Assembly (NCBI GenBank): GCA_022508535.1 | Contig: JAFLUZ010000008.1 | Span: 10,467-74,466, forward strand | Direction of reading: 5' to 3' | DNA length: 64,000 nt | From: Erysipelotrichales bacterium | Lineage (GTDB): Bacteria; Bacillota_I; Bacilli_A; RFN20; CAG-826 | Part shown: piece by piece, positions 31,479-42,476 of the stretch | How the letters are laid out: every line of letters starts with the position of its first letter | Position numbering within the stretch: the first letter of the stretch is position 1 | Notes under the pieces: model-generated | Databases searched by the model: none | Seen by the model: only the letters and a program-made list of their open reading frames with translations | What the model was told of the DNA's origin: nothing | Position numbers and translations under genes: made by a program

Positions 31479-32609
31479 ATGAAGAAAAGAATTGGTTTAT
31501 TATTAACTTTACTAGCATTTTTGATTTGTGGATGTGATCTTAAAGGTAGCACTTCAAGTGGAAATATATCTTTGGAGAACTCTAATCCCACAAGCCAAAA
31601 TGAAAGTAAATTTGAGTGGAATACTTTATATTCTTCCACTTCTTGGGATGAAAATGTTGTCGATTTAATTGGTGTCATAGCTGGGGATGATTATAAAGAA
31701 TTAATTCCAGGTATTGATGCTAAGCGACTAGACTATTATCTCACAGTTGATACATCAACCATTAGTATCGCAGTCATTAACTGTTATGTTAATAATCTTA
31801 ACACCATTGTTGATGATTATGAATATGCATTGACAATATGCGGATTCCAATTGTCATATGACTCTCCATATGGATGGATGGAAGTATCAGCGACTGAAGA
31901 ATTAGTTGTGCAATATAGTATTTTGGAAGATTTACATGGTACTTCTTATTTCGAGCTTATAATTTACAGAGTAGAAATGAGAATGTCTGATTGGCCTACT
32001 GACTATATTGGTCTTGTAACTGCAGAAGATATTCCAGTTTTTGATGCTAAAGCGTATGAAGCATCTACAGATTACAATTATGCCTATCAATTTTATGTAC
32101 TAGTCTGTGTATATTATCCAGAAATCACATTAGAACAATATGAAAGTAAATTGATATCTGCTGGTTATACAATAGGTGATTCTTATTATGGATCTGAGGC
32201 TGTCAGCAAATTGGGAACACGTATTAATTACTACGAGGATTACGATGGATCAATTATTCTTATGATTTCTAACGACTGGCCATATCTTGATATTATGGCA
32301 TATCTAGGCATGGATTTACCTCGCTTAGATGATGATAATGCTGCTATGTCTTATTCTTATGTTAGAAATGGCGATTATTCAAACCTAGCAATCTATTACG
32401 ATTATGTTGATTCATCAGCATTAGCAACATATGGACATCAATTAGAAGAAATTGGTTTTGTGCAAGATGGTAATGAGTATCAGAATGGTGGCACATACAC
32501 AATTACTTCAAGAAACTACGTTATGAACGATGGTCAAGAAGACGAACACTACTTAGTACTAATGTACTGCTTAGAAATGCAGATGTTAGCAATTGTTATT
32601 TATTATTAA
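31479..32609 (+). CDS. Acidic Tyr-rich lipoprotein with internal repeats
   Basis: Lipobox LICGC; three W/WP...G.(D)IP-type units. Confidence 0.8.
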   Translation: MKKRIGLLLTLLAFLICGCDLKGSTSSGNISLENSNPTSQNESKFEWNTLYSSTSWDENVVDLIGVIAGDDYKELIPGIDAKRLDYYLTVDTSTISIAVINCYVNNLNTIVDDYEYALTICGFQLSYDSPYGWMEVSATEELVVQYSILEDLHGTSYFELIIYRVEMRMSDWPTDYIGLVTAEDIPVFDAKAYEASTDYNYAYQFYVLVCVYYPEITLEQYESKLISAGYTIGDSYYGSEAVSKLGTRINYYEDYDGSIILMISNDWPYLDIMAYLGMDLPRLDDDNAAMSYSYVRNGDYSNLAIYYDYVDSSALATYGHQLEEIGFVQDGNEYQNGGTYTITSRNYVMNDGQEDEHYLVLMYCLEMQMLAIVIYY

Positions 32610-32627
32610 TAATTAGGAGGAAAAATT

Positions 32628-35600
32628 ATGAAAAAAAGTAAATTATTAATTTTATCAGCCGCACTTTTTGCTTTAGTAGGATGCCAAAATGGTAACTCTA
32701 CTAATTCTGAACAACCTAGTTTACCAAGTGTGGGTGGTACAAGTACAGGAACAAGCCAAAGTGTTCCTGGAACAAGCCAAGGTAATTCAACAAGCACACC
32801 TTCAATTACACAAAGTGCTGCTCGTGCATTATTTAAAACAGCTTTAAGTAAAGATTATAGCAATCTTACTTTAATTAGTTATCAACAATATGAAGATGGC
32901 GAATATTCTGAAACAGACTATGAATACATTGACAATGGCTATATTGTTAATGAATCATATGATCTTATAGAATCAGGCTATGATCGCAAAGATGCATCCG
33001 CTATTTACCACATTGATGACGAAGGTAAATCTTGGATGTATTGGGAAGCTGAATCCAACAACCCTGCTTCAAAGAGTGGCTGGATTAACAAAGGTGCTTC
33101 TAATTCTGATCTTTCAATTTGGCGCGCATACTTCCACTTACCTAAAATTTTAGAAAACATCACTGAAGATGATGTGACTTATACTGGTGGAATGTATTAT
33201 GTCACTTCAAGAGATAAAATTGAAGAATTAAATATGGATGCATTTGGTTATGCAATATATAATGATATTATTAGCATTTCATTCTCATTATCTAATGGCT
33301 ATATCTCAAGAATTATAGGATACTGTGATAATAATATGTCCAATCCATTGAATTATGTTGAAATTCAATTAGGCTATTTCGGAGAAACAGTACTTCCATC
33401 TTATTTTGGTGATGTATTACCATTTAGCGAAGAAACAAAAATGGCTTATTGGGAATACAAAGGATGGCCACAAGATTATCAAAGAGCTTACTATACTAAC
33501 GCCGAAACAGAAATACTCACTGATAATTTAGAAAGTGATGATGATCACGATGTTATTATCGATGTTGACAAGAAATTTGAAGTTCGTTATAGTCTTACAC
33601 CTAATTCATTCAATCCATGGGAATTAGTTGACGAAGCTGATAAAGTTGTCACATGGCACTACGATTCATCAATTCTTGAAATGAAAAACTCATACAAGAG
33701 TAATACACGTGAATTCCGTGGTATTGCTGATGGTGTTTGTGAAGTTTATGTCTCTGTTAACGGTGAAAACGGACCAGTCGAATCAGAACATATTATTGTT
33801 AAAGTTAATGGCTTGAAAGAACAAGATAAGACTGGCGCTGTTTATGGTTTTAAATGGTTAGGCTTAGAAGCTCAAGGCGAAGGCGCAAATGTATATTACA
33901 ATGTCTTAGCTACTAACGAAGTTGAAGGCTCAAATGCTTTATTTGAAATCACAGCTGGTCCTGGTGTCTGGATGAATGATGGTAGAAATGCTGAAAGCAA
34001 CTACTTCGTAAGTGGACAACAATATATGCATTTACAACCAAGCAGCAATAATGTTATGAATAAAACTAGAGGTGCTGATATATTCTTTGATTTCGGCGAA
34101 CAACAAGTTTCTAAGATTTCATTCAATTATGGAACTTTCTGGGCTTCTCACTTAAATGAAATGTCTTGGTTAAATAGTTTCGTTATCCGTACATACAATG
34201 ATGGCGAAGATGCTCATGAAGTTGATATCGCTAGCGTAATTAAAGCAAATATCTCTGCTGAATTTGTTAAAAACTTTGAATTAGAATTCGAACCTGCAAA
34301 TCATGTTGAAATCGTTGCAAAATCAAATATGCTTGGTAAGAATATGTCAATTGCAATTGATTCAATTTACTTTATGGCAAATGAAGATTGCAGCAACTAT
34401 GTACCACCATCAGATAGAGTAGCTGTTGAAAGTGTCGCAGTTGTTCCTAATTCTGTTGATTCAATTTATGTAGATGGAACAGTTCAATTAAGTGCATCTG
34501 TTTTACCACAAAACGCTACTGATAAATCAGTTACATGGCATGTCGAAGATGAAAGTGTTGCTTCTGTTAATAACGGCTTAGTAACTGGCTTATCAGCTGG
34601 TACTACTGAAGTTTGGGCGGTTTCAAATGATAATGATGAAATTAGCTCAAACAAAGTTTCTGTCACTGTTAAAGAACTTCCAAATATGGAAGCTTACGAA
34701 GGTAATAAATATACTGGTAATGTTGCTTTTGAAGTTTTAGATAAACATACAGCTAAAGCTACATATAGCGGATGTGATGTCACTGCTTCTATCACAGGCA
34801 TAGATGGAGAATTCCTTGTATTCGGCGATTCTGAAAATGGATTTAAGGCTTCATTTAGTAATAGTAGAGTTACTGTTAAAGAATTTGTTTATAATGGCGA
34901 AAACAAAATGTCAAGTAAGCCAAGCGGTTATGACGCAGATTTACTTGTAAGATTAACAAGTTTTACATTAAGCTTTAATAGCTCAAGTAGCTATACCGAC
35001 CGCGTCGATTCTGAAAAAACATATGATGTTCAAGTAGGCGACACAAAATATATGTATATCTATACAAATGATAATGCTTCATTTGATGTCTCATACGAAA
35101 GCACTGATGATAGCAAAGTTGACATGAATTCTGGTGTAGGTGGATCAAGGCATTTCGTCAGTGTTAAATTTGTTGAATCTGGCGATGTAACTGTCACTGT
35201 TACTCTTAAAGATAATTATGGAACAGAAAAATCTATAGATGCTAAATTTAGTATTGCAACAAAAGTCTTCCCAACTGAAGACAACTGGGAAATAAAATAT
35301 AATAAAGACTTAACTGCTGTTAAAGTTGGAAACCAAGTACAATTCAGCGTTGAATGGAAAGATAACAATACAATTAATACTGATAAAACTGTAACATGGT
35401 CTGTCAGCGATACAAAACTTGCTAGCATTAGTAATGCAAGTGATTCTAAAGGATTATTGACAGCTAAAGAAGTTGGTGAAGTTACTGTCACTGCTTCTGT
35501 CAAGGGTGAAAATAACACTCCAATTACTAAAACAGTAACATTCACAATATCTGCTGCTGAAGAAGGCACATTACCAGATGCAATTGTTGGTGTATGGGAA

Positions 35601-35882
35601 GGCGAAGATGATAATTATACATCTTATACATTAACAATTAATGCTGATGGCACTGCTGTTATAGAAAATGATGACGTTGAATATCATTTTACATTTAAAG
35701 AAATTAAAGGTGGAAATGAATATATATTTACGTGTGACGATGCAGGCGATGATGGTGTATATATCGGAGTTCGCGCAACTAACAGTGATATTGAATTCTA
35801 TGATGAGCATTCTTCGGGTTTCTGGATGGATGATTATTTCATGATTTATTCTGATTCACCATTAGATATTAAAAAGAGATAA
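32628..35882 (+). CDS. Large surface lipoprotein with Ig-like (Big_2) domains
   Basis: Lipobox LVGC; VQLSASVLPQNATDKSVTW..VASVNNGLVTGLSAGTT and VTWSVSD..LASI..GLLTAKEVGEVTVTAS. Confidence 0.88.
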   Translation: MKKSKLLILSAALFALVGCQNGNSTNSEQPSLPSVGGTSTGTSQSVPGTSQGNSTSTPSITQSAARALFKTALSKDYSNLTLISYQQYEDGEYSETDYEYIDNGYIVNESYDLIESGYDRKDASAIYHIDDEGKSWMYWEAESNNPASKSGWINKGASNSDLSIWRAYFHLPKILENITEDDVTYTGGMYYVTSRDKIEELNMDAFGYAIYNDIISISFSLSNGYISRIIGYCDNNMSNPLNYVEIQLGYFGETVLPSYFGDVLPFSEETKMAYWEYKGWPQDYQRAYYTNAETEILTDNLESDDDHDVIIDVDKKFEVRYSLTPNSFNPWELVDEADKVVTWHYDSSILEMKNSYKSNTREFRGIADGVCEVYVSVNGENGPVESEHIIVKVNGLKEQDKTGAVYGFKWLGLEAQGEGANVYYNVLATNEVEGSNALFEITAGPGVWMNDGRNAESNYFVSGQQYMHLQPSSNNVMNKTRGADIFFDFGEQQVSKISFNYGTFWASHLNEMSWLNSFVIRTYNDGEDAHEVDIASVIKANISAEFVKNFELEFEPANHVEIVAKSNMLGKNMSIAIDSIYFMANEDCSNYVPPSDRVAVESVAVVPNSVDSIYVDGTVQLSASVLPQNATDKSVTWHVEDESVASVNNGLVTGLSAGTTEVWAVSNDNDEISSNKVSVTVKELPNMEAYEGNKYTGNVAFEVLDKHTAKATYSGCDVTASITGIDGEFLVFGDSENGFKASFSNSRVTVKEFVYNGENKMSSKPSGYDADLLVRLTSFTLSFNSSSSYTDRVDSEKTYDVQVGDTKYMYIYTNDNASFDVSYESTDDSKVDMNSGVGGSRHFVSVKFVESGDVTVTVTLKDNYGTEKSIDAKFSIATKVFPTEDNWEIKYNKDLTAVKVGNQVQFSVEWKDNNTINTDKTVTWSVSDTKLASISNASDSKGLLTAKEVGEVTVTASVKGENNTPITKTVTFTISAAEEGTLPDAIVGVWEGEDDNYTSYTLTINADGTAVIENDDVEYHFTFKEIKGGNEYIFTCDDAGDDGVYIGVRATNSDIEFYDEHSSGFWMDDYFMIYSDSPLDIKKR

Positions 35883-35886
35883 GCTT

Positions 35887-36735
35887 ATGAAAAAAACATT
35901 TAAACTCGCATTAATCACACTTTGTTCATTATTTATTGTAGCATGCAGTGGTAAAAACAATCCTTCTACTAGCGATTCTCCTTCATTAGATGATTCAGTA
36001 ACATCGGTTGTGGAAGAATTACCTGTTAGCCAATGGGGTGAAGAATATAGTGAACTAATTATTGGCACTCTTGGTGCTGATATTCCTTATATTGAATGTC
36101 CAAGTTTTGAAATTAAATTATCAATAGATGCCTATGGCGATCCAATGGTTATCTTCTATCTCTACTTCAATGATTCAGAATTAGAAGAAAAACTTGAAGA
36201 ATATGCAATGATTGCAGATTATTCAGGTTACTATGTAGAATTCTCAACTCAAAATTCATATGATCCATCTTATGGATTTATACAATACGACCTCTACTAC
36301 GCTGATAAAGCAATTTCTGATACTAGAGGTATTGAAATGCAATTCCTTATCGGTTCAAATGGTTATCGCGATTGTATTGGTATATTTGCTTATAATTATG
36401 TTGTAGATACGCCAAATTATTGGCCATCTAATCTTGTTGAATCATTATTAGGTTATGATATACCTCATCTACCTGATACTGGTGAATATGAATATTATGC
36501 AAAAATTAATCCAGAAGGATATATTGATATGATTATTTACAATGTATCTGCCACTGCTGAAGATGAATATTGTTCAATTTTAGAGGCAAACGACTATCTT
36601 GTCACCGAAGAATTATGGGACGAAGAAACTGGCGAATACATGGGTAGATACGCTTCTTCTCCAGACGGAGAAGTTATTATCCAATTTGGATTATCTCAAT
36701 ACGGATTAGAAATTTATATATATAAAATGGCATAG
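35887..36735 (+). CDS. Acidic lipoprotein, paralogous to 31479..32609
   Basis: Lipobox IVAC; WGEEY..LGADIP and WPSNL..LGYDIP units. Confidence 0.8.
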   Translation: MKKTFKLALITLCSLFIVACSGKNNPSTSDSPSLDDSVTSVVEELPVSQWGEEYSELIIGTLGADIPYIECPSFEIKLSIDAYGDPMVIFYLYFNDSELEEKLEEYAMIADYSGYYVEFSTQNSYDPSYGFIQYDLYYADKAISDTRGIEMQFLIGSNGYRDCIGIFAYNYVVDTPNYWPSNLVESLLGYDIPHLPDTGEYEYYAKINPEGYIDMIIYNVSATAEDEYCSILEANDYLVTEELWDEETGEYMGRYASSPDGEVIIQFGLSQYGLEIYIYKMA

Positions 36736-36763
36736 TCCATTAAAGCATATTCAATTAAAAATG

Positions 36764-36797
36764 AAAACCTAGATGCACGATTGCATCTAGGTTTTTT
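36764..36797. terminator. Bidirectional terminator
   Basis: AAAACCTAGATGCA-CGAT-TGCATCTAGGTTTTTT. Confidence 0.85.
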
Positions 36798-36828
36798 ATT
36801 GTTGATTCACTATTTTAAACGATTATAT

Positions 36829-37365
36829 TTATGAGTTATAATATCTTTTTGTTATTTCAATAGGATATTGGTTATAAATCATGAAGTCATCATTCATCCA
36901 AAAATATGTACCATTATGATCATAGAATTCAATGTCATTTACATTTCCAGCACGAACACCAATATAAACTCCATCATCATTTGCTTCATCACAAGTATAT
37001 CTATATTCTGCACTTAAGCCATCACCAATCTTTTCACTAAAAGTAAAGTGGTATTCAATATTTTCATTTGTAATAATTGCTTTTCCATCATCACTAATTA
37101 CAAGTACAAATGGAGTACCATAATCATCCTCTCCATCCCATGTTCCTAAGAGTCTACTTGAAAAAATGCTTTCTTCTTTTGTTGAATTTGTGGAATTATT
37201 ATCTTCAATAGATGAGGAAACAGATGCAAAAGGATCAAAAACACTATTACTATTCTGAAGTACTCCTTTTGCAGATTCTGAAGTTGCAGGAAGATTACCA
37301 CATGAATTTAGAATTGTTACTCCAGATAATAACATAAATGCTAAAAATAAATAACTCTTTTTCAT
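36829..37365 (-). CDS. Small lipoprotein whose C-terminal domain is shared with 32628..35882
   Basis: Lipobox LNSC; GTWDGEDD...YHFTF...DDGVYIGVRA...DIEFYD. Confidence 0.82.
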   Translation of the reverse strand: MKKSYLFLAFMLLSGVTILNSCGNLPATSESAKGVLQNSNSVFDPFASVSSSIEDNNSTNSTKEESIFSSRLLGTWDGEDDYGTPFVLVISDDGKAIITNENIEYHFTFSEKIGDGLSAEYRYTCDEANDDGVYIGVRAGNVNDIEFYDHNGTYFWMNDDFMIYNQYPIEITKRYYNS

Positions 37366-37558
37366 AGAATATTACCTCTTTTTCTTATTTTTAATTTATC
37401 AATGTAATATTTATATTGCATATTATAAATAATATTATTAATTAAAACAACAAAAACTTATAATTATCAAATTAAAAGCGCCATCACATATTTAATGCGA
37501 CAGCACATTTTTCATTAGATTTTATAAATTACTGTATTCAAATCTTAGGTGAATAAAA

Positions 37559-38074
37559 TTATATTTTTTCAACCCATGCTTCATCATAAGCATAAAGAAT
37601 ATCATTAATTGTTCCTACTTCATCTTCTAAGCTAAACCATACATGTGATACTTGGAAATCTAATTTGACGATAATTTCGGCATTATCATTGTAGGTAAAT
37701 GAATAAACTGTGTTTTCAATTTCTTTAAAAGTAAAATCAAATGTTGGTATTTCATCATAATCATTAATCTCCAACACTGCTGATCCATCTGATTTTACTT
37801 CAAATGTAAACTCGTATCCTGAAGGATAATATCCCCCATCGTTATACCATTTACCAATTGCACGTGCAAATAATTCTTCTTCTGTTGGTTCATCTGAAGA
37901 ATTGTTATCTCCATCATCAATAGATGTTGATGGAGCAAAAGGATCGAATACGCTATTACTGTTTTGAAGTACTCCGCCAACTGATTCTGGTGTTGATGCA
38001 TTATCTCCACAAGAATTAAGTGCTAATACTCCTATTAGTAATGTGAATGCTGAAAGTATAATTCCTTTTTTCAT
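37559..38074 (-). CDS. Small lipoprotein, N-terminus paralogous to 36829..37365
   Basis: LNSCG...GVLQNSNSVFDPFA shared; divergent IGKWY beta domain. Confidence 0.82.
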   Translation of the reverse strand: MKKGIILSAFTLLIGVLALNSCGDNASTPESVGGVLQNSNSVFDPFAPSTSIDDGDNNSSDEPTEEELFARAIGKWYNDGGYYPSGYEFTFEVKSDGSAVLEINDYDEIPTFDFTFKEIENTVYSFTYNDNAEIIVKLDFQVSHVWFSLEDEVGTINDILYAYDEAWVEKI

Positions 38075-38077
38075 ATT

Positions 38078-40660
38078 TTATGCCGCCTTTCTTCTACGTT
38101 TAAGGTCGCTAAGTCTTAATTTACGTAACATAACATCTACGATAAATAAAACTATAGTAACTAGTAATAAATAAGGTGTAATACTATCATAGAAACGTAG
38201 ATTTGTTTCTGAATCAAGTAATGAGTAATCTAAATTTTCAGATACAGTTCCTTCTTCGCCAGCTAGAAGATATAATAGTTGTTCATCGCCATTTAAGAAG
38301 TAATCATATTCTTTTGAATATGAGAAGTCAAAATATTGAATATCGCTGTAAGAATTATTTTTGTAATGATATATAAGTTCTAAACGATATAAACCAATTT
38401 CTTCTGTGACAGTAATAAATTGATATGATGTCGAATCATTCTTCAAATATGTTGTTATCTTTTCATTTGATGGAGTAAACATATTTACTTCTAGATAGGC
38501 ATCTTTATTCATTAAATCAAGTTCTATATTAATTTCAGAGCTAAATCCTTTCGTATTGGCATTTACTTTAAAAATTGTATCTACTCTTTCTTTTGGTTCT
38601 AAGTATTCATTAACATTTTTAAATAAATTTTTACCACCAGATGAACTAACAAACTCATTTGCCCATGAGGTCGATATATCACTTGTAAATGACACTACTT
38701 TACCTTTTCCAAATGTCCAATATGCAAGTAATGGTACTTCTCTTTCTCCACCTAATTCGTTGGTGTATGTTACCGTATAAACAGTATTGGCACTACCTTT
38801 GATTCTTGAGAAATTATATCCTTTAATATTTGGTAAATCAGAAACATTTTTAATTAATGTATCATTTTCTCTATTGGTGTGAATAGCAAAATTACCTTCA
38901 ATTTTAGTATTTGTAACAACATCAGCAACTGATGTTAGAATTACATCAACAATATCTTCAGCATTATTAATGTAGTAATATGATCCATTACCAATTTGTG
39001 CAAGTGTTCGCATTAAGCGTTCACCTTCGATACAACTAATATTAATAAATGAAGAAACAATATTGTTTTTTGCCATATTTGTAACAACACTATCTAGTGA
39101 TTGTTCATAACCATTTTCAGTTGGAAGTCCATCAGATAGTAAAATAACATGTTTATTATCAAAGTTAGCATTACGAATTTGTGAATAAGCTTCTTGTAAT
39201 CCTCTTGTCATATTTGTGGCATATGAGACATTAATTGAACGAATTGACTTAATTATTTGGTCACGGTTCTTTGCGCTTGTTAAAGGCTGTAAAACGGTTG
39301 TTTTTTCGCCAAATGAGATAACAGTAACAGAATCTTTTTCGCCTAATAAGTCTAAACAAGCAATTGCTCCTTCGACAGCTTTATCTAAGCGATTATCTGT
39401 AAGCATTGAAGATGATGCGTCAATAACCAAGGCAACACATTTAGCATCGCTAGATTCAAATTGAACAGGTAGCATATTATTGTATTTAGACATCGTAGTA
39501 CTACTTGTTCCACTTGCATAAGTTGTGCCATATGTAATTAATGATTTACCGTATTGCGAAACAACTTTTTCGAGATTAATAACAAATTCTTCATGATCAT
39601 TAAATGAAACAATATTAGTATTTGATAACACAATTTCATCATATTTACACAAATCTTCTAATTTATATGGGACATCTTCCCCATTAAAGAAATAATCAAT
39701 CTCACAATTATCATTATAAAGTGCACCTACACTATAACAATCAGTGGCACGAGCACCAATAATCAAAACTTTAAATCCTTCAGTAACCTTTTGAATAAAG
39801 TATTTCTCATTATTTCTTAAGTCAGTATCATTTTTTGCCTCTAATTGTACTTTATAATTAAAGGTACCCGCTGTTGATGTATCTAACTCAAAATTAATAA
39901 TATCTATACCTTTTGATAAAGTGGCATTAACACTATCAACCTTTTTGTCATCTTTAAATAAATTAACAGTTACACTACTTGTTTTACCTGCTTGAACGGA
40001 AACTTTTAAATTCTCTACTTTATCAATATAAGCATTTTTTGTATAATCTAGGCCATTGATTTGTACTTCATTTTCAGGAAGCGCGTGATTTAAATAAAGA
40101 GCATCAACATTAATATCTTCACTTCTTAAAAACTCAATAGCGTTTATCGCGTGGTTATCAGTTTCAATACCATCAGACATAATTAATACTTTCTTGATGA
40201 CATTGTTATGATATAAAGAAGCAGTATAATTTAGTGCTCCTTCTAAATCTGTTGCACTTGTATCGACTTTAGCATTTTTTACACTTTTAATTTGTCCACC
40301 AAGTGGAGTCAACAACTCATAATTTTTAGCAAAACATACTATACCTATTTTTGTTTTTTCATCTACCTGTTGAGTAAGCTTTTTAATATTTTCATCGATT
40401 TTATCATATTCTTGAGTATTTGATGATGATACATCAGCAAGAACATATAGTTCGGTATTTGTCGTAGCGTTTAAAAAATTAAAATCTGCAATAGCGACAG
40501 TAAGTAATAAACAAATAACAATATGAATAGCAAATGATGCGATATTCTTTGGTCTTTTTCGATCTTGTTTATTTATTTTAAAATATCCCCAAATAGTTAC
40601 AGCAAAAAGAGGAATGAGTAACAAGAATAACCATGGATTAGAAAACTTAATATTGTCCAC
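38078..40660 (-). CDS. Membrane protein with two vWA domains and a split glutamine-amidotransferase-like domain
   Basis: LADVSSS..TD..MSDG and VIDASSSM..TN..LSDG MIDAS motifs; PLLAYWTFGKGKVVSFTSD. Confidence 0.88.
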   Translation of the reverse strand: MDNIKFSNPWLFLLLIPLFAVTIWGYFKINKQDRKRPKNIASFAIHIVICLLLTVAIADFNFLNATTNTELYVLADVSSSNTQEYDKIDENIKKLTQQVDEKTKIGIVCFAKNYELLTPLGGQIKSVKNAKVDTSATDLEGALNYTASLYHNNVIKKVLIMSDGIETDNHAINAIEFLRSEDINVDALYLNHALPENEVQINGLDYTKNAYIDKVENLKVSVQAGKTSSVTVNLFKDDKKVDSVNATLSKGIDIINFELDTSTAGTFNYKVQLEAKNDTDLRNNEKYFIQKVTEGFKVLIIGARATDCYSVGALYNDNCEIDYFFNGEDVPYKLEDLCKYDEIVLSNTNIVSFNDHEEFVINLEKVVSQYGKSLITYGTTYASGTSSTTMSKYNNMLPVQFESSDAKCVALVIDASSSMLTDNRLDKAVEGAIACLDLLGEKDSVTVISFGEKTTVLQPLTSAKNRDQIIKSIRSINVSYATNMTRGLQEAYSQIRNANFDNKHVILLSDGLPTENGYEQSLDSVVTNMAKNNIVSSFINISCIEGERLMRTLAQIGNGSYYYINNAEDIVDVILTSVADVVTNTKIEGNFAIHTNRENDTLIKNVSDLPNIKGYNFSRIKGSANTVYTVTYTNELGGEREVPLLAYWTFGKGKVVSFTSDISTSWANEFVSSSGGKNLFKNVNEYLEPKERVDTIFKVNANTKGFSSEINIELDLMNKDAYLEVNMFTPSNEKITTYLKNDSTSYQFITVTEEIGLYRLELIYHYKNNSYSDIQYFDFSYSKEYDYFLNGDEQLLYLLAGEEGTVSENLDYSLLDSETNLRFYDSITPYLLLVTIVLFIVDVMLRKLRLSDLKRRRKAA

Positions 40661-42476
40661 GAGAATACACCACCCAATCTATAGCAAAGACAACTGCACC
40701 TAAGAGTATGATGATAAACAAATGATCAAAAACTGCAGTGTTTTTCTTTATATTTTCATTTTTTGATAAACTAATTGACTCTTCGTTTACAGTAACTTGT
40801 CCTTCTTCTATATCAAAAGCAACATAAACACGATAATTTCTTTCGCGTCCATTTTCTGTAACAACTACATTGTAGGTTCCAACTTCGCTTAAAGTGTAAT
40901 ACTCAATACTAGAGTTTAAATTTATAAAGCTAACTTTGTTTGATGGAGTTGTTATTTTAACACTTTCAATATCATTAGAAACATTTATTTGCATAGAATC
41001 TCCAACAACGTAATTTTTATCTTCCACAGGATGAGGTAAAGAATAATTTAAAAGATTACGCATGATCGGTGCAAAATCATATAAAAGAGGTAAATCAGAA
41101 TCATGCAAATCAAATGCAAAAACGACTTCTCTTAAATTTGTTTCTGTCATACCAACAAATAATAATGGAATTGAGTCATAACTAAATACTGTGGTAAAGT
41201 TTCGATATAAGCTATATTTCTTATATTTGTATAACATAATTGGATTATATTTAACATCTTTTGTCATTTGCTCATACAAAGGAGTATTTTCATTATTATA
41301 TGTAATAACATTTTCTGGCGTTACAATTCTTTCATCTTGCACCAAAAATCCCGTATGATCAATGTTCTTTTCAGTATTTAAGAGCCACACTGAGCCACTA
41401 CTAGGTAATTCTTTTGGAGTATAGCAATCAAATATATATAAATCATAATCACTTTCAGGTTGATATTCTTCTGGTTTTACAGTTTTAATGGCATAATCAC
41501 CAATTGCGTTAATCATAGCATTTAAATAAAATGGTGATTCACTAACTAATAAAATTGACGACTCATTTTCTTCAGTAATGTTATATATGAAATTGTAATT
41601 ATCTAAAGATAATGCATCTACATTTTCAATTTCTACTGCTGCTTCTTGATAATCAACTTTTTCTATTTCAAATTTGTAATCGCCCTCAACATTTTGAACA
41701 ACGTCGACTTCTTGTGTATCAATTAATTCTTCATCCAAATATAAATTTATTTTTAAAGAAACATTACTTTCAAATGAAATAAGTTTGCCACTAAATACAA
41801 ATGAATCTTTTGATTCTTTTACTTTTAAATCATAAGTTGCATAGTTCTCTTCATGACTAGAAACATTAATTAATTCAATATTTTCTACTTCTTCATAATT
41901 TTTGTCAGTTAAAAGAATTAGTTTAGAAATTTCACCATTTTGATAGTATTCTTCAGCTTTTTCTAAAGCACTATCTAATTCAATATAAGCATATTCAGGT
42001 GCCAATTGTTTACTAAATTGAAAGAATATATCCTTATTATCGGTCTTTTTTACTATAGTTTTAGTTTCTAAACCAGCGTATATTATTGTATAAGTACTAC
42101 CTTGATTTGCTTGTTTTACTATTTCATCCATTTTTTCTTTAGCAAGATCAAATCTCGATGTATTTTCATTTAAAATATTCATACTACCTGACGCATCAAT
42201 GATGAAGCATAAGTTTTCGGCATTATCGCTCTTATAAAAAATTGGATGCGCTAAAGAAATAGAAAGAATTAAGACTGCAACAATTTCTAAAATTAAACTA
42301 AGTAAACTTTCAAAACGTTTCTTTTTCTTCTTCTTTTTTAAGAAACGATTACTTAGTTCAAATAAATATGAAGAAGAAACAGTGTGTTCTTGATATCTAT
42401 TTCTTAAAATGTAAATAATAATTAAAATCGGAATAGCAATTAAGCCAAGTAAACCAAGAGGGAATAAAAAACTCAT
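40647..42476 (-). CDS. BatA-domain + vWA membrane protein
   Basis: MSFLFPLGLLGLIAIPILIIIYIL BatA N-terminus; IIDASGSM; LLTD; C-terminal TM. Confidence 0.88.
   Translation of the reverse strand: MSFLFPLGLLGLIAIPILIIIYILRNRYQEHTVSSSYLFELSNRFLKKKKKKKRFESLLSLILEIVAVLILSISLAHPIFYKSDNAENLCFIIDASGSMNILNENTSRFDLAKEKMDEIVKQANQGSTYTIIYAGLETKTIVKKTDNKDIFFQFSKQLAPEYAYIELDSALEKAEEYYQNGEISKLILLTDKNYEEVENIELINVSSHEENYATYDLKVKESKDSFVFSGKLISFESNVSLKINLYLDEELIDTQEVDVVQNVEGDYKFEIEKVDYQEAAVEIENVDALSLDNYNFIYNITEENESSILLVSESPFYLNAMINAIGDYAIKTVKPEEYQPESDYDLYIFDCYTPKELPSSGSVWLLNTEKNIDHTGFLVQDERIVTPENVITYNNENTPLYEQMTKDVKYNPIMLYKYKKYSLYRNFTTVFSYDSIPLLFVGMTETNLREVVFAFDLHDSDLPLLYDFAPIMRNLLNYSLPHPVEDKNYVVGDSMQINVSNDIESVKITTPSNKVSFINLNSSIEYYTLSEVGTYNVVVTENGRERNYRVYVAFDIEEGQVTVNEESISLSKNENIKKNTAVFDHLFIIILLGAVVFAIDWVVYSRGQY

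Noticed and set aside
35580-37150. DGR template/variable repeat pair or shufflon
   Set aside because: No reverse transcriptase or recombinase in the window; the copies differ at all base types and by indels, not only at adenines.
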